From an uncultured Actinomycetes bacterium (lineage in GTDB: Bacteria; Actinomycetota; UBA4738; HRBIN12): a DNA stretch of 64,000 nt. Position 1 is the first letter of the stretch; each line of letters starts with the position of its first letter. Below, one piece after another: positions 61,090-64,000 of the stretch. The notes under the pieces were generated by a model, which was not told the origin of the DNA, did not search any database, and worked only from the letters and a program-made list of their open reading frames with translations. The stretch is taken from NCBI GenBank assembly GCA_963816275.1, contig CAWFJU010000019.1:13601-77600 (forward strand). Direction: 5' to 3'. Made by a program: the position numbers and the translations under genes.

Positions 61090-62002
61090 CGAAGGCTCCC
61101 ACCAGATGCACCTCCGGCTCGAGCCGGACGCCTGCATCGGCCTCGACAGCCGCCTGCACCGCTCGGATCAGGGCGAGGACGTCCTCTGCGCGGGCCCCCG
61201 GGTCGGCCACGATGAAGTTCGCGTGCTTCATCGACACCTGTGCGCCGCCCACCCGATGCCCTTTCCAGCCGGCGGCCTCGATCAGTCGGGCCGCGTGATC
61301 GTCCGAGGGGTTCTTGAAGACGCTCCCGCAGTTGGGCTCGGCGAGCGGTTGGGTCCGGCGGCGCCAGTCCCGAGCCGCGTCCATCTCCTCACGGATCGCG
61401 GCCGGGTCGCCGGGCGTCAGCGTGACGGTCACCCCGGTCACGACCGCGTCCTCGGGGAGGGTCGAGCGCCGGTACGAGAACCCGGCGTCGGTGCCCGCGA
61501 TCGAGTCGGGACGCCCGTCGGCGAGGTGTACGACCGCGATCGAGGTCACGACGTCGCTCATCGAATGGGCGTGTGCGCCGGCGTTCATCCGAACCGCGCC
61601 GCCGACCGTGGCCGGGATCGCGACCCCGAAGGCGAGCCCCGCGAGCCCATGCCGGAGCGCGACACCCGAGAGCGCGGGCAGGGGCATCGAGCCTCCGGCG
61701 CGCAGCCGGTCTCCGTCGCGCGCGGCCCACCGGTAGCCGCGCCCCAGTCGGAGCACCAGGCCGGGGAAGCCGTCGTCGGAGACGAGCAGGTTCGAGCCCT
61801 TCCCGATCACGAGGAACGGGCAGGCCGCTCGCCGCGATGGCCGTTCCCGCGGCGACGAGGTCGTGGTCGGACTCGGGCTCGAGGTAGAGGGCCGCCGGTC
61901 CGCCGATCCGAAAGGTCGTGAGGGGCGCCAGCGAGAAGTCACGACGGACCCGGTCGCCGCAGGCGTCGCGCAGGATCGCCTCGGCGCGGTCGATCGCCTC
62001 GC

Positions 62003-62006
<4 letters not shown>
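61079..62006 (-). pseudogene. murB: UDP-N-acetylenolpyruvoylglucosamine reductase, single frameshift near 61815
   Basis: The N-terminus VSEAIDRAEAILRDACGDRVRRDFSLAPLTTFRIGGPAALYLEP lies in the frame of ORF 61389..62381, from V126. The rest is ORF 61079..61942 (FLVIGKGSNLLVSDDGFPG...AEPNCGSVFKNP...GGAQVSMKHANFIV). Confidence 0.85.
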
Positions 62007-63382
<1,376 letters not shown>

Positions 63383-63421
63383 GGGAGCGTCGGGATGCTG
63401 CCCGGCGGCGGCGTGTAGATG

Positions 63422-64000
63422 TCATCGGGCGGCCTCCAGCACGAGCGCGGCGAGCCGCTCGTCGGCGTCGGGCTGCGCCCACGCCGCGCGCCGCTCGCGC
63501 CATCGCGCTCGCGGCGAGCGTCGTCGTCCACGAGGTCCAGGATACGACGCGGCGAGCACCGTCGGGCGACAGGTCGGCGTCGGGCTGACGCTCTGCCGCG
63601 CCGGCGCGCTCGAGCTCGCGCGCGTTCGCCTCCTGATGGTTCTCGGTCGCGTAGGGGTACGGGACCAGGATCATGGGACCCCGCAGACGGTCATCTCGGC
63701 GATGCTCGTCGCGCCCGCTCGCGGCGACGGCGAGGTCGGCGACGGCGTAGGCGAGCTCCATCCGGTCGAGGAACGCGAGCGCGCACCCGCAGGCGCATCG
63801 TCGCCGCGCCGCGGCGCCGGACCACCACCTCGAGCTTGTCGGGCCCGGTGAGCACGAGCAGCTGCAGGTCGCATCGATCGGCCAGGCGTCGATCGCCCCG
63901 GCGATCGTCTCGGTCGAGGTGGAGCGCGCCCTGGCTGCCGCCGAACACGACGACGGTCGCCGGTCCCGCATCGAGGTCGAACGCCTCCCACGCCTCGGCC
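63422..64000 (-). pseudogene. murG: MurG glycosyltransferase, C-terminal part (5' end outside the window), several frameshifts
   Basis: Pieces are VFGGSQGALHLD (63691..63948), FLDRMELAYAVADLAVA and MILVPYPYATENHQEANARELERAGAA (63009..63971), and GATSIAEMTVCGVP (63671..63991). The stop TGA at 63422-63424 was placed by residue counting in ORF 63346..63531. Confidence 0.75.

Overview
This is a high-GC (about 70%) actinobacterial-type chromosomal segment, almost entirely housekeeping, with most genes on the minus strand.

Gene content, left to right:
- uvrC (5' part), a cupredoxin/beta-propeller lipoprotein and uvrA.
- An S9 peptidase, a small hypothetical protein and chrA.
- A class V PLP enzyme, an amidohydrolase and uvrB.
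- A polar amino-acid ABC system, an ABC-2 exporter pair, a 2-hydroxyacid dehydrogenase, a DUF2203 protein and a HAD hydrolase.
- coaE, rpsA, a membrane protein and polA.
- An FTR1/EfeU iron permease and a second, intact polar amino-acid ABC operon.
- A PBP1-type lipoprotein, tRNA-Leu(CAA) and a lower-GC GT87/DUF2029-like membrane protein.
- A minus-strand gene string read as one operon (with one 107-bp gap): livJ-like, livH, livM, livG, livF, a second binding protein, an ornithine cyclodeaminase-family gene and an FAD oxidoreductase.
- trpA, trpB and trpC preceded by a HisA/PriA-type isomerase, then a Lon N-domain protein.
- dnaE, rluD, lspA, a TraR/DksA-family gene and a DUF167 gene.
- A T-box leader plus ileS.
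- The division/cell-wall cluster: divIVA, yggT, sepF, yggS, ftsZ, ftsQ, murB, murC and murG (partial).

I found no CRISPR array, transposase, integrase, phage gene or recognisable defence or toxin system. I cannot support a claim of a novel multi-gene system here.

Most notable signals:
1. Dozens of frame-breaking indels sit in discrete blocks (0.9-5.5 kb, 9.3-22.6 kb, 61.8-64 kb). About 39 kb in between, and 5.5-9.3 kb, are perfectly clean. Essential genes are hit, so this looks like uneven consensus quality rather than gene decay. Affected genes are listed as pseudogenes because that is what the sequence shows.
2. A 1.2-kb lower-GC single-gene insert lies next to tRNA-Leu and is bracketed by a direct repeat of the tRNA 3' end.
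3. A 400-bp convergent intergenic region carries a near-consensus orphan promoter and repeated hairpin motifs.
4. The liv-type transporter appears co-transcribed with cyclodeaminase and FAD-oxidase genes.

Coordinates of starts that lie inside ORF-track entries were derived by residue counting. Promoter and hairpin coordinates were cross-checked against overlapping ORF translations.
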